Source: Selaginella moellendorffii (taxonomy: Eukaryota > Plantae > Lycopodiophyta). From it: 64,000 bases of DNA. The position numbers and the translations under genes are program-made. Location: positions 5,544,360 through 5,608,359 of the forward strand of contig NW_003314261.1 in the NCBI RefSeq assembly GCF_000143415.4, given 5' to 3'. Below are positions 1 to 12,429 of the stretch, piece after piece. Below the pieces are notes generated by a model. It was given only the letters and a program-made list of their open reading frames with translations. It was not told the DNA's origin and ran no database searches. How positions within the stretch are numbered: position 1 is the stretch's first letter; every line of letters begins with the position of its first letter.

Positions 1-64
1 AGCAAGACCAAGGCTTCACTGAGAAATTCTTTTCCACGGTATCCGAATTCGTCTATAGCAGGGG

Positions 65-159
65 ATCTTTAAGTTGATCACACATGATCTTCCGTGATCC
101 CTCCAAGCCAGAAGATCACAGAGGGATCACGGAAGATCATGTGTGATCAACTTAAAGAT
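65..159. repeat. Perfect 39-bp inverted repeat with 17-nt loop (hairpin)
   Basis: 65-103 ATCTTTAAGTTGATCACACATGATCTTCCGTGATCCCTC is the exact reverse complement of 121-159. Confidence 0.95.
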
Positions 160-249
160 TTGGAAGAGCAGTGTTGCCTGATTTGATTCTTCTAAAAAAC
201 ACGCCTTTGTTAGCAAAGCAAGAGATTAAAAAAAACCCTGGGACTCAAG

Positions 250-733
250 CTTAACAATATCTCAGATGAGAAAATCAAGGAGAAATAATTTTGAGATACA
301 GGTTCCAGCTACAAGCGCCCAGAGACTACAATGACTATCACCGGTTCCGGCCCCAAAGCTAGATTGGCTCTCACAAATACCCCCGGATACCTGTGTGGCT
401 CTTCAGCTATGGCCAATTTAATCGTGGCCTAGGTCGCCAAAGCTGACCCGTAAATCTTAATACCAAGAAGCATAGTATTTTTGTTTTTTTCTTCCTCTCT
501 TCCCGGAGCACTGGAGCGGGGCTTCGTGGCAGACCATTCTGGAGTGAATTATTGGAGAGATCTGCTCCAAATATTGAGTAAATCTCTGGTAAACCTGTTA
601 AACGACGTCCAGGAGCTGAACTTTGTAATCGAAACTTTTGAACTTCGGCCCTTGCTAGAAGTTCGCACTGAGGTCCAAGATTAAGTTGAGAAGCTTGAGC
701 TGCGTGTTCTGCAACCATTAGACTTTTAGGCAA
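250..733 (-). pseudogene. Possible leucine-rich-repeat gene fragment
   Basis: Broken frames give LxxLDLSxN-type pieces (ILDLSANF*QGP, ADLSNNSLQNGLP); no intact gene model. Confidence 0.3.
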
Positions 734-829
734 GAAAGAAGATTTTAAAGAAGTTTATTATGAGAGCTCTTGTGAAAAAATATAAGAGCATATATATCAA
801 GTGGTTAGAAGGGGAAGAATTTTAAATAG

Positions 830-1330
830 TGAAGGATGGCTTTTAGAAATTACATAGTTTTCCAAATTGCGTTAAAGCTATTGATTGCACACACATTTAG
901 ATTGAGTTTCTAGGAGTGGGTGGATTATAAACAGTGATTCAACATAGAAGTGTAAGTTATTATTGATAATTAAACCTTTTTTCTAGACTTAAGAGCTGGA
1001 TATTGTAAATCTAGAATGATTATAGTCCATAAACAACTTCAAAATACATGTGGGTTTATTTACTACACTAACATTGAAAATACTTGATAACAGGTGGTGA
1101 AGATGATGTTGATATGGGAATTCTCACCTTATTTCCGACAAAGTTTATTAGAGATGACTACAACTATAATATTTTGCACTCCTCTATTAGAATTGTAGTT
1201 GAGTGGGTGTATAGTCAACAAAAAATATAATGAAGATATTTAAATAAGAAGCTTATCCCTTACACACAATTTAATTGCATCACAATTTGTGTTATTATGC
1301 ACAATATGATCATAACTAGTAGTGACAAGT
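830..1330 (+). mobile_element. Degenerate PIF/Harbinger transposase (DDE_Tnp_4-like) relic
   Basis: FPNCVKAIDCTHI* at ~859 (cf. FPNCxGAIDGTHI), YNILHSSIRIVVEWVYSQQKI**RYL (cf. FNxxHSSxRxxVERAFGxLKxRWRxL) and ITICVIMHNMI (cf. IxxCCxLHN); many stops. Confidence 0.75.
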
Positions 1331-1929
1331 TTTTAGATGAGTAGTATTTTAGAGACCATGTCAATGTAAGATATGATACTCAATAGCCAAAAGTACTTTT
1401 AAATCTAAATTTAAGAAGAGTCTAATGGATTATATTTAAATTTGCATCAATATAAAAATTTACATTTATCTTTCTATCCACACTAAATTGCTCCTTCAAG
1501 TCCTACAGACTATTGCTCAAACATTCCCATATCCTCTATGACTTGAAACTCAATATGTTAATCATCTTTTGTTGTTTAAACATTGATTGTTTATAAAGAT
1601 CTTTTGCAAGTTTCATTTGTATTTCTTGTTTTTTCTTTTGTTATCCCCTCAATGCCCTTTACTTTTTTAGGACGGTCTCGGAAACAAGACCACTTAGATT
1701 TGCAATTTTACTCTTTAGAACGTGTTGGTTTATATTGTTATAAAGTTCCTTATGCAATTTTTATGCAATACATTCTTCTCTAATTATGTTCTAATAGCTT
1801 AATTGTCCACTTGGAATGTTAAGCTCCTACTTTTGAGTGCCAATGTAAACATTCCTTATGTCCTCTCATTTATCTTGAGTATTTATACTTGTTGACTTTG
1901 TAGCAAGTGCCTTGATAGAAACAAGCTTT

Positions 1930-2760
1930 CTCAGTGGGGTGACCAAAGATCATAAACTGCATCTTACTGAGATTTACCTCCATGCTTGTGAGAGAAAAAA
2001 CTCACTGGGAATGTCGAGAGTTTGCTGCAGTCAATGCTATCAACAAGAGGTGATCTGAGTACAATAGCCCTTTTAATATCGATTCCAGCACGTCAACGTA
2101 AATGGCAAAGAGAATTGGTAGCGGACATCCTTGGCGCATGCCTGTATGCGATTGTATGTGGGAGCATCAACAATTTGTAGCTGAACGGTCTGATAAATCT
2201 CAATGATATCCGCTACAAGCGGTGTGGGCACTTGTATTTCCAAGAGGCGCTGAATGAGCAAACGGCGGAAAGAAAGAGTGTGCAGTTCCTTTTGTATCAA
2301 AGTCTCTCAAGCAGCACATGCAATACAAGCAGCTGGTCAATACAAAAATAGTGCCTCCTGATTGTGCGTGCAAGTCCTTCTTGTCCATCCAATCTGCCAA
2401 TTGTTTTTCCACAAGGTGGGCAAAAATTTCGGCAAAAATGCTCACAGCAGCCAATATTTTATAGTTAGAAACATTTGTAGGGTCTCCTGCTTTATAGCAC
2501 GGAATGTGTTCACAACCAAAGAAAGCCTGCTACCAGAACCTGATTGAACAATGAGAGCAGCCACTCTGCCACCCAGCGGGACCAGCAGCCCAGAGCATTT
2601 CTACCATAAACCCAAAGTGGTCAGGAGCTTTATGCATGGGTAGATCAAGGATGCAATGACAACCATGATGAATGGAACTATGCATGAACTGGCCTTTAGC
2701 ACCTTCATATTGATTGCTTGGCAATTTAGCTGAAATCCAATTCACTCATAGGAAGTCAAA
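1930..2760 (-). mobile_element. Degenerate non-LTR (LINE) reverse transcriptase relic
   Basis: Ordered motifs KAPDHFGFMVEML, GDPTNVSNYKILAAVSIFAEIF, TIFVL, GMRQGCPLPILFAIYVD and LLYSDHLLL; frameshifted. Confidence 0.8.
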
Positions 2761-3566
2761 AGTTGTTTATAATCTTTTGAATTTAAATATACTCTGATAT
2801 AATTGGATTTATCCACATCAGATAGACTCACCTCAAAAAAAAGAAAACCTTGACCTCTCTAACCCTTGATGAATGGGCAATATGCCTCCATTATGCCTCC
2901 ACGGCAACCTTGTTGGTTATACCAACTTCTTTGCAGCTATACAAAAAAAAGTCCTTTTGGAGTACTAAGGAATGCAGCTTCATTTGCCAAGCCCCTCAAA
3001 CTACGCCATTCACAACTCAAGGAATGTGTGAGTTCGATGGTGGCTGCATTTTGAAGCGGTCTTGGATTTGTTTGGTAAGTCCACTTAGTGCGTATCTTTC
3101 TTCTTTGTTTTGAATTCAGGCGCAGAACATCGAGTGAACAAAAAAGATGATAAATTATTTCCCTGATCTCCCAGGTGTTGATACGTGGAGGAAGATGTCA
3201 TAGAAGATTGTGTTAGGAGCAAGCAAAAACGAGAAGTTTCCATCTAAAACAATAGAAATGGTTAGTGTGTCAGACACCTGTGAGATGTATGCATTCGTAA
3301 AATCTACGTCTTGGCTATTTTTATTGACTAGCCGAACGTGCCTGGTCAAGTAAAAAATAAAAAATCGAAGCTACTTGTAATGAATCTAGAAACGTAACCA
3401 ATACAGACAACGCGTGTTTTGGAGCAGACTTTGGAGACTTGCCACAGTATATAAACCCCACTCTCGGCACATTTATCTTATCTCTTCCATTTCTCCCTCT
3501 CATTATCTCTTTCTGTTTCTCTTTTGCTCTTCAAGATCTCAAGATCATCGACATAATCTTTCTTTG

Positions 3567-4444
3567 ATGGAATCCAAGAAGTTGATGCTGACGGTGATGA
3601 TCCTGAGCGCTGCCGCTGCGAACGTGTTTGTGAGCGCTGCCGACCCCGATCCGCTGCGAGATTTCGAGGGATCGGGAGCTCTCAGCAATTTCGTGCTGCG
3701 AAATGTGTTCAAGAATGGCGATGTGAGCTATGGACCCGGTGGCGTTCGCGCAGCGATCAACACGACACTCTTCCCAGGAATCACGTATTTGTCCTCCTCT
3801 TTGCCTTCGCTCGATACCACAATTCTAATCCATTCATGGTTTTACTTTCTTTTTTTTCCAGGTCTCAAGGGATAACTTATGTACACTTTAACATGGTTCC
3901 CTGTGGAGTCAATCTCCCACACACTCACCCTCGAGCTTCCGAGCTCCTCACGATGGTCTCTGGCGGGCCACTTCAAGTTGGATTCGTGGATACAGCCGGT
4001 AGGAAATAGGATTCTCTCTTTGTAGTTTGATCTTACAAAGAACATATGGGGTGATTTTCCAGGAGTACCACGCATCAACCTCTTGTACCCAGGCGATATT
4101 ACCATATTCCCACGGGGAACAATGCACTTTGAGATCAACGTCGGCACCAAGCCTGCGTTTTACATCTCGGCTCTCAACAGCCAAAACCCAGGAACTCTGG
4201 TATACAAAAAACTTTGCAAGCTTCCTCATTATTCTCTATGTTTTTCTGACCCCATTTTTTGTGTGTGTAGACAAGTGCTAGTGCTCTCTTGAAGATCCCA
4301 GACAGATCCTCTGCAACGGCACTCAACGTAGGACTGGACATCATACGGAAGCTCAAGGGAAATATGCTGCCATATACCCCCCGCCTTGAGTTGGCCCCGC
4401 CAGCCGTGTGCGTTCCCGGCCGAGACATCACCACTATGATTTAA
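3567..4444 (+). CDS. Germin-like protein (cupin), 4 exons
   Basis: Signal peptide, DPDPLRDF, germin box GVNLPHTHPRASE, FPRGTMHF and SALNSQNPG; GT-AG introns at ~3785-3861, ~3999-4062 and ~4200-4270 join in frame; TAA at 4442-4444. Confidence 0.92.
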
Positions 4445-5671
4445 GAACATTCTGAAATGAAGCTTTCTTCGTTTACATTCTGTAATTAAAATGACACTCT
4501 ATCATTGAAATGATCCATCCTTTGGCTTTGCTGCGGCTTTTAAGTTTTGATGCCTTGCTGCCACCCCTTTGACGTCTTTGAACGCACAGAAAATGGAGTT
4601 TCAACTACAAACTCAACACTCTTTGCAAAGTGATCACCCGGACAGAGAGCGGTTTACACCAAGTCTCGTGCTGTTGCTGGATTTCCTGGATACAAACCAG
4701 TCTCTTGCGTGAAGCTACCCGGCAGCGCAATTTCAAAGCAATTCGCTGATCGAGGCAATAGGAAGCGTACCATTTCTCAGAAAGAAAGCAGCAATGGCGG
4801 ACCGACAATCACAAATCCTATGTCCCGTTTTAAGATTGGAAAGCAAATGCACATACATTCACAAGATATTCAAAAAGATTTAATGTGGTTTGCAAAAAAG
4901 GGGACAATCCGCTAGCCAAAAATAAAATATATTTTGACTTGGTAAAGTGTACCAACGGCTGGGATTTTTTCTGTCGGATGGGGCAGGCGCCGCAAATGAA
5001 TCCATGGTGGAAACAACAGAAAGCTCGTTTTCGTGGTATGGATTCCAGTGACCGCATGGAACCGGAGCATTCCCAGGTCGCCATTGAACGATTTTTGCGG
5101 GTTCTCAATCGTCTCCATGCTGGTGAACGAAATGTCAAGCAACATCAAGATCGTTGTTATCAGGCCAAAGATTGACCCGCTCCCGATTGCTATCATCAAC
5201 ACATCCATGACTCCTGCCGGGGCATTTTCGATGCAGCCTCCAACGAGTAGAGTTCCAGTACGAAATAAACAACATTTTGAGGTGCCGGGACGGAGTACTC
5301 GACAACTGTTGGCGATACCAATACCACAGCTCAAGGCACATAAGAACGGGGCGATATACTTTGTGGAGAAACTCGGCAGTGATGATAACGCCCGGTTGTT
5401 CAGCCTGGGTCTCACTTTTAGAGGTGTTCTACCATGCCAACATGCCTAAAAGATGACAATGAGTATGTGAATTTGCGATGCAGTGTCACTTAAGATTACC
5501 TCTCTAATCATTGGCTGGGCATTGAGTGAAAGAAAGAAACTCCAAATCTTAGCACACAAACAACGGATATTGAGTATATAACTGACCCTCAAGAACCCTA
5601 AATTTTCACTTTGTCAGGGTTTTAGGGTTCTTTGGATCGGGAGCTGGCACGGGCGGATCGATCCATCCGGC

Positions 5672-5917
5672 ATGCCTGTGAGTAGCTTTGATGGGACACG
5701 CATTTGCGCTCGGTGATTTAGCCCCGGGAATTTGGGGGATGTCTTATAGAAATTTCCGCTTTTTGTTGCCTTATAGACTGAGCTAGAGGCACCGGGAGTA
5801 GTGCGCTATTTGCTGGGAGCTGTGATCATGTTTACTGGTGTGATCCTGCCACTGATTTTCATGCTGTTTCGGAATCGCCGTGTTCCAAGCGCCGCTCCCT
5901 TTGCCAAGCAGACGTAG
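5672..5917 (+). CDS. 48-aa single-pass membrane micro-protein, copy 1 (MPTELEAPGVVRYLLGAVIMFTGVILPLIFMLFRNRRVPSAAPFAKQT)
   Basis: ATG-CCT exon, intron 5678-5776, exon 5777-5917 ending TAG; telo-box motifs upstream; paralogue at 17.7-18.0 kb conserves the peptide and splice sites; resembles a conserved small plant TM protein family as I recall it. Confidence 0.75.
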
Positions 5918-6627
5918 GTGCGCTCTCTCTCTAGTATATATTTTTCTTCTTGCGTTTTAGTCTCTCGTGGCTTCTGTAGTTCTTGGTTCCTTCCCGGGAA
6001 TTTCTTACAACCTGCTCGAATCTGTGTTGTATTGTAGGCCATTTTGAGAACCTTTGTTCCAATCACTTTTGTAAATTTATTCCACCTGGCCACACGAAGT
6101 TCCCAGGTTTTTGAAAGAACCAGGTTTGTTTTACGAAGGTCTCCTCAAAATGTTGGTAAAAGTCTCTTGATTTCTGGTATTTTAGCGTGAGAGTTTTCGC
6201 TTGTTTCGTAACTCATAGTAGTAAGCACAAGATCATAAATTGCTTTTCAGGCGTTGAAGATCATTCTCAGATTCTCATCTCCAGCTTCCTCAAACCTCGT
6301 CTCAGAATTCCAACTCGCCAGGCTCGCTTCAAAACAGCATATAAGTCGTCTAGGAGCCCTCAACCCTCTGTTCTCTCTGTTCTTTAATTATTGGATAATG
6401 TGATTGGCGGTAATTTTAATTTGGCGGGAAGCTTTGAAATCCCGTCGGCGCATTCCACGCACAAAACAAACGCGCGAGATTGTGAGTCACTCCACTCCTT
6501 AATTGTGGTGCGTGAATCTTTTCTTGGAACTCCTCCAGCCCTGCGGTGGCGGCGGCGCGACGAAGAGCGAGGCAACGATCGAGAGGAAAGAGATTGGAAG
6601 CAAGGAAGATCAGGGAGCTGGAAGAGG

Positions 6628-8411
6628 ATGGGGCTCTGCTTCGGCAAGCCTTGCGCGGAATCGTCAGCGCCAGTGACGCACAGCTCGCCGGTACCGCTCG
6701 CCCACAAGACCTCTCCATCGCCGCTCCATGATCACCACAAGGTTTTCAAGCCTGGCGCCGGCGCTGACGATGGTAGGAGAGCGCTCCCGCCAAGCATCGC
6801 CGATCGAGGTACGCGCTTGCCGCTCCAGGATTTCGAGGATTTTGATGCGCGCCGCCACACCTTCCGTGATCTCCTGTCCAAGAAAGCCGAGCAGGCTTTC
6901 AGTCCCATCCCGGCGCCATCGCGCGGTGATCCAGGCGGTCTTCCTTCTTCGATCACGGCTGGAAAGGCTGCAAATCACCACTGGCAAGAGAGGAATGACA
7001 AGAAAGTTTCGCCAAGATCGCCACAAGTGCTGCCGCTGAGGATGCAGCGAAGGGATCAAGAAGAGCTCAAGAAATTCTCGAGCGAGCTCCAGCGCGCTAA
7101 CGCAGCTCCTCTGAGGCATCACCTCAGGGATTACGACGACGAGCTCCCGGTCTTTGACAACTCTGGTGAAGAACATGAAGAAGAAGAACAAGAGGATTTG
7201 GTCGTTGAGAATGGCGAGTCCTTCAGCTCTTGCCGAGGCGCCACTACCATTTCTTCTTCCACGCAAGAAAACCCCAAGGCAATGATCGCTGGCGCCGCTG
7301 GAAATGGCACTCCAGTCATTCCCAAGATCACTGCTTACGTCTCTATCTCCGGATCATCGTCAGAGGTACGTAGATGAGTTCTTTTCGCTCTTTTGCTCTC
7401 TCCACCAGGTTCTCACTCCGTGCTATACAGATCATCGAAGAAACTGGAAGCGAATCCAGCCTCGCCAACAGCGCAAAGATGAGAGTCGCGTATGGTCATC
7501 ACAACAAAAAGAGAGGACTTTCAATGGAGAGTTCTTGCAGAAGTAGCAACAGCAGCAGCAAGCAGGACGTCGTGTCTCTCGAGTTTCTGGACGAGTTTTG
7601 CCGCATCTCGGAAGTAACTTCCCACTCGAGTTCTTGCTCCGAGGCCTATCTCAAGGAAAACCCGGGCGCCAGTAAGGTGGTGGTGATGCCAGTCGATGCC
7701 GGGGATATGTTTTCCTGCATCCGAGCTCGCCAGCGCTTAGCATCATCGTCATCTTCAGAGGAACAGGAAAATCGAGGAGAACGTCGTGCCGACATAAGTT
7801 TCCTGGAGTTCCTGTGCTCCCAGGCGCAAGCCGGGACTAATGGCGGTGGCGGCAACACGTCAAAGACCGAGAGTTTATCCGGTAGTCCTGGATCATCCAA
7901 AAAGAGGCCGAGCACCAGCAGCAGCAACTCGATGTCCGAGTCCACGACGAAGAAGCCGAGGGTGGGCGACGAACTTAACGCACGGATGGAAATTCTCAAG
8001 CTCTGCTCGCCGCCTGGAAGCACAGAAGCAAAGCCAGCAGCTGGTCGAACGCAAAGTTTCGAGGAAGAGAAATTAAGCATGCCATACCTGAAGAGAGTAA
8101 GCTCAGCTCAGTTTTCTTATACCTTCCTCACGAGTTTTGTCACTGCTTTGTTCCAGGTGCTGGATAGTCGTCGCGACGGCAAGCCAAGGCTGGTGTACGA
8201 TACGAGATCACCGCCATCGACGCCAGGTTCTTTTCGATCGACACCGTTTGCGTCAGTTGGATCTTCCTTCTCGATGGACGACTTCAACACAAGGAGGTCT
8301 CTCTCTCCGTGCACGCCGCCGTCGGCCTCGTTCACTTCCGCCGGAGCTCTAAGCCCGGAGGAGATGACGGCCATCTGGAATGCTTTCCAAGAGGCCCAGC
8401 TCGCGCAGTAG
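6628..8411 (+). CDS. Unknown Ser/Pro-rich, probably disordered protein with predicted N-terminal acylation signal (MGLCFGK)
   Basis: Two long ORFs joined by phase-0 intron 7366-7430, plus in-frame intron 8097-8156; Gly2/Cys4 pattern. Confidence 0.65.
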
Positions 8412-8793
8412 AAGAGAAAGAGCGAGAGAGACACCGGTCTGTGAGAATCCTGTAAATTACAAGAGTAAAAGAGTTCTACAAAGTTCACCTCACTCGCAAG
8501 AACAGTATCTTCCGAGAACCTTGGAAACTTGTATAGGCATCCGAGAACCTTGGAAACACTCACAAGAACAGTCTTCCGAGAACCTTGGAAACCAAAGACG
8601 AAAAAGAAAAACCACTCTTTTAAGTCCTACATAAACGATTACTATACGGCATATACACATACACGGAGACCAACTTAACGAGAGAAAAAAACGAGAAGAG
8701 CATTACGACTCGAGAGAGAGAAAAAACGAGAAGAAAAGAGCATGCAACCCGAGAGAAAAAAAAGAGAAAAAACTCACAATGAGACTTCCTCTC

Positions 8794-9789
8794 CTAATAG
8801 CCAAACCAGCTCGCGACCCACAAGACAAGGGGACCTAACAAGAGTGAGAAGAACTTCGCGAAGAAAGGAAATGCAGGGAACGCTAGAGTACCTAGCATGA
8901 ACCAGTTGAAGCTGAGCAAGGCGACGGCATCAAAGCCGAACCTGGATTGCAATTTGGAGAAGAATTGAAAGACGTTAGAGAGGGACATGCCAACCACCAT
9001 GAACAAGGCAACCACCAGAGGCATACACGGGTCCTCGGCCTCCCATGCAATGAAACCCACGAGCAAAGAAAGCACGGCACTGAAAATGCTGGATCCCAAC
9101 GCCACACCCCTCCCCTCCATGATCATGCTGTCATCAAAAACTCCACTTGGCTTACTAGAGTTTTGCTGGTTTTGATGCTGCGTGTGTTGCTGCTGCTGCT
9201 GGTGATGGTGGTGGTGATCCTTTGTAGAAAACCTGGCCCTCGCTTTGGACTTCCTCTCCTCCTCCAGCTCTCTCAGCTTCACGTTTTGAGACTCTAGTTC
9301 CTGGACCTGCGCATTGATTCAGTTAATCACGTAATTAGATTGTGGAAAAATAAGTTTTTCCTCTTACCCGGGCCTTGAGCAGCTTGAGCCGGTCTATGGA
9401 TTTCTCCCACTCGCCTACAGCCTGATCAAGCGACTCCTTGATACGCTTCCGGTCCCTTGCAGTGACTTCCAGCCTCCTCTCCAAGTCGCCTTTCTTCTCG
9501 CTCACTTCCTCATAGTGCTGCTGTAGCTCTCGAAGCTGCGCCTCAAGCTGATCAAGCCAAGAACATTAGTGCCACAGAAAGAGAGGAAGAAAGGGAGAGA
9601 ACTTACTAGCTTCTCCCTCCTTGCGGCGTTCAAAAACCGAAAGGGAGAGGTGATAATCCCCACCACAAGGGTGAGGAAAATGCTCCATGCCGTAAAGTAG
9701 AGATGGAGCGAGAACCAAAAGATCTTCCGCCACGGCCGTGTTGTGCTGTCAAGAATGGAAGTTACCAGAGAGACGACCAGCCCGATCAT
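8794..9789 (-). CDS. Conserved plant coiled-coil and multi-TM protein of unknown function, 3 exons
   Basis: Hydrophobic N-terminus, coiled-coil exon, C-terminal WEAEDPCMPLVVALF...DAVALLSFNWF.LGTL block; introns at ~9548-9607 and ~9308-9368. Confidence 0.8.
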
Positions 9790-10039
9790 TGTTTCTCTGC
9801 CTCTGCCTTCCTTGGCACCTTTTCCTCAATCCAAACTCATCCTGCCAAACAGTGCCAAATACCCATCAGAGCAAACGAGAGAAACGCATAGGGCTTGCGG
9901 AGCGAGCAGCTAAGCGAGTCCCTGGAATATTCTCGGAGCCGATGCGTTCCACTTGGCACGCTCTGCATGTTGAAAGTTTCAACTTCGAGATAAGAAGTGA
10001 AAGAATATAAAAAAGAACAACAGTACCAGAGGAGGCGAT

Positions 10040-11043
10040 CTAGATGAATAAGGTGGCGATCACCGCGACGAGCATGGAAGCGAGGATCAGCGAGGCCACC
10101 GGACGCAAACTTCCAGCTCCACCGCTGCAAGCCTCCCCAGTCCCGCTGAAGCAACCGGTCTTTTGGTACTTGGCCTTGGAATCCGAGAACGAGAAGCTCG
10201 ACTTTGGCGTCCCATTGCTGAGGAGGACGCACCAAAAGTATGGAGCGCCGCCCTCGTAGCCGCTGATCCCGACTCCAAACTCAGTGTGGTTTGAGCTTTG
10301 GAGCGTCGCCAGCGTGCTGGACTCTTTGAAGAGAAGGCTGGAGAAGGCGTAGCGAGCGTCGCGGTACTCGGTCTCGCAGGCGAGGATGGTTCCAGTGATG
10401 TCGGCCACCGAAGATGGATCCACTCCGCAGTTGTCTGCGAGCGTTGTCTTGAAAGAGGCCTCTGGTGGACGCTGGCCGTTTGGGCCGACGTCGCTGCATT
10501 GGCCTTGGTATGCCTGGATGTACTGCAAGGCCACGCAGCCAAGTCCCGGATTGTTGTAGAGAGTTGGGAGATTGGCGGCGGTGAGGTTGCGATTGATCTC
10601 ACGGGCCAATGCATCAGCAGGATCTGGAAAAAAAAAACAAAGAAGCACACGATTCTTGCCTTAGATAACTGAGAGTTATTGAAAGAACAAACATCTAGAA
10701 AACCCGGCTTTAGAAACGGAAAATGTAAACTCGGTCGACCAGCGAGAAACTCTATGCGAGAAACTCCAACGAGGAAATGTAGATTCCCCGATGCGTCGAT
10801 CCAACATTCACAGAGACTCTACCAGGCAATCGAGAGAAACTTATGATTTAAGAATCTAGCAAGAATTCTCCCTCCCAACGCTGGAAATAAAACATCTCGA
10901 ATGTTAATCGCCCAATCTGGAACCTCGCCACGACCTACATTGCCTGGATCTACGACCTAGGGATGCTTACTCTTAACGGATTTGCCGATCGCCGTGGCCG
11001 CCACAGCCGCGAGGAGCACAAGAAGCCGCATTGCCACCGCCAT
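10040..11043 (-). CDS. Secreted, probably GPI-anchored Cys-containing plant protein
   Basis: Signal-peptide exon MAVAMRLLVLLAAVAATAIG (11043-10971), intron to ~10624, core LYNNPGLGCVALQYIQAYQGQC...GGAPYFWCVL, hydrophobic C-terminal tail. Confidence 0.82.
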
Positions 11044-11343
11044 GATATTTAGCCCTAGAAAATGAGAAATCTATTTTGCCCCTTAAACTGCTTCAAACTA
11101 GATTGTCCCTCTGCAAATCTTGATATTGTTCGTTGGCCTGTGGGCTCCATCTTGATGACATGAGCTTGATGGTCGGAATCAGCAAGGTGTCAAGGAGCAA
11201 CAGCACTACGGTCAAAGAAGAAGGCATCTATAGCTTTCAATCTCTAGAAGGTGCATTGCACTTTTTTGCTTGGACGAACGTTAGGATGGATTAGATTCTG
11301 AGAATTTAATTAGGTACTTTTTGTGCTTGGTTTAGAAACAAGT

Positions 11344-11368
11344 GAGAGAGAGAGAGAGAGAGAGAGAG
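11344..11368. repeat. (GA)n microsatellite
   Basis: About 12 GA units. Confidence 0.95.
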
Positions 11369-12429
11369 TAATTTGGTCCTGAACCATGAATTTTTTGAAT
11401 TGCTTCAACTATAGTCTCTTTGAGAACTTTCTTTCTACCACTCTACCACATGATGAAGTGGATGGATCGATCCAGAAAACCTGTAAACTGAGACGCTCTC
11501 GCCATCTAGACATCTCCTTCCAACTTCCTGGGCTAGAGGATCCGGTTCACAGTTCATGCGGCTTCATATCCCTGCATGAGTCACGCAAGTAATGGTTTTC
11601 TTTCAGTGGGCAGAAACTCTGGCTGCACAACATTGCAGTAATCACCATTAAGCTATCATCCCAGAAGCTGTACGGGCTTGCAATTGCCACCAACTCATAC
11701 TGCTGGTTCACACTGCAAAATTCAGTGAGATTTACATCCTCTCTTCCTAGAAAATTTGTATTCTTCATTGTTGGCTTGGTGCCTGCAGCAGTCCTTGAAA
11801 GGTGGTGAGTCATTTTGTATATTTTTCCTCAATTCATGTGGCAGGGAAAAAAGGTCAGTTCGTTGTCCCTATTTCTTTTAGGAAACTGTACCATACATGA
11901 AGTATACTCCCCAGCATTCAAATCAGACCAGATTACTCTCAAATCGGTACAAAGTAAAATGGCAATTTAATTCAGGGATAGGGCAAAGCAAAAAATCTGG
12001 TAATTGTGCTCCCTTAAGAAAAAGACATGGAACATGGAACTCCAATCAATGGTGGCCTAACGATCCTAAGCGATGCCAGCCTTAGGAGGTGCCGATTCCA
12101 CCACTGGCGTGTGAATTTGCAAGGAAGTCTGAATTTTCTGTTGCAATGTCCTAACACATAATGCAAGAGAAAACGCAGAGCATAATTTGAAGAAGAAGAA
12201 TATATACAATTTAAAAAGTAGCAAATATAACAACACCAAAGTAGCCTTCACAGTGTAGTACACTTATTGACTTTTGATAAGATTTTCTTAAAATTCATAG
12301 AAAAAATTCATTTGAAATAACAGGTCAAAGTTTTACTAAAATGTATATATTTAAATAAAAAATAAGTATTTACTTATAAATTTTTGAAAGATTTAACTAA
12401 AAAATAATATAAATTTGCTAGGCAAGCAC

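Noticed and set aside
4605-5449. Overlapping ORFs on both strands
   Set aside because: No recognisable domain or consistent splice model
11386-12263. Short ORFs downstream of the GA repeat
   Set aside because: No motif support; probably decayed fragments
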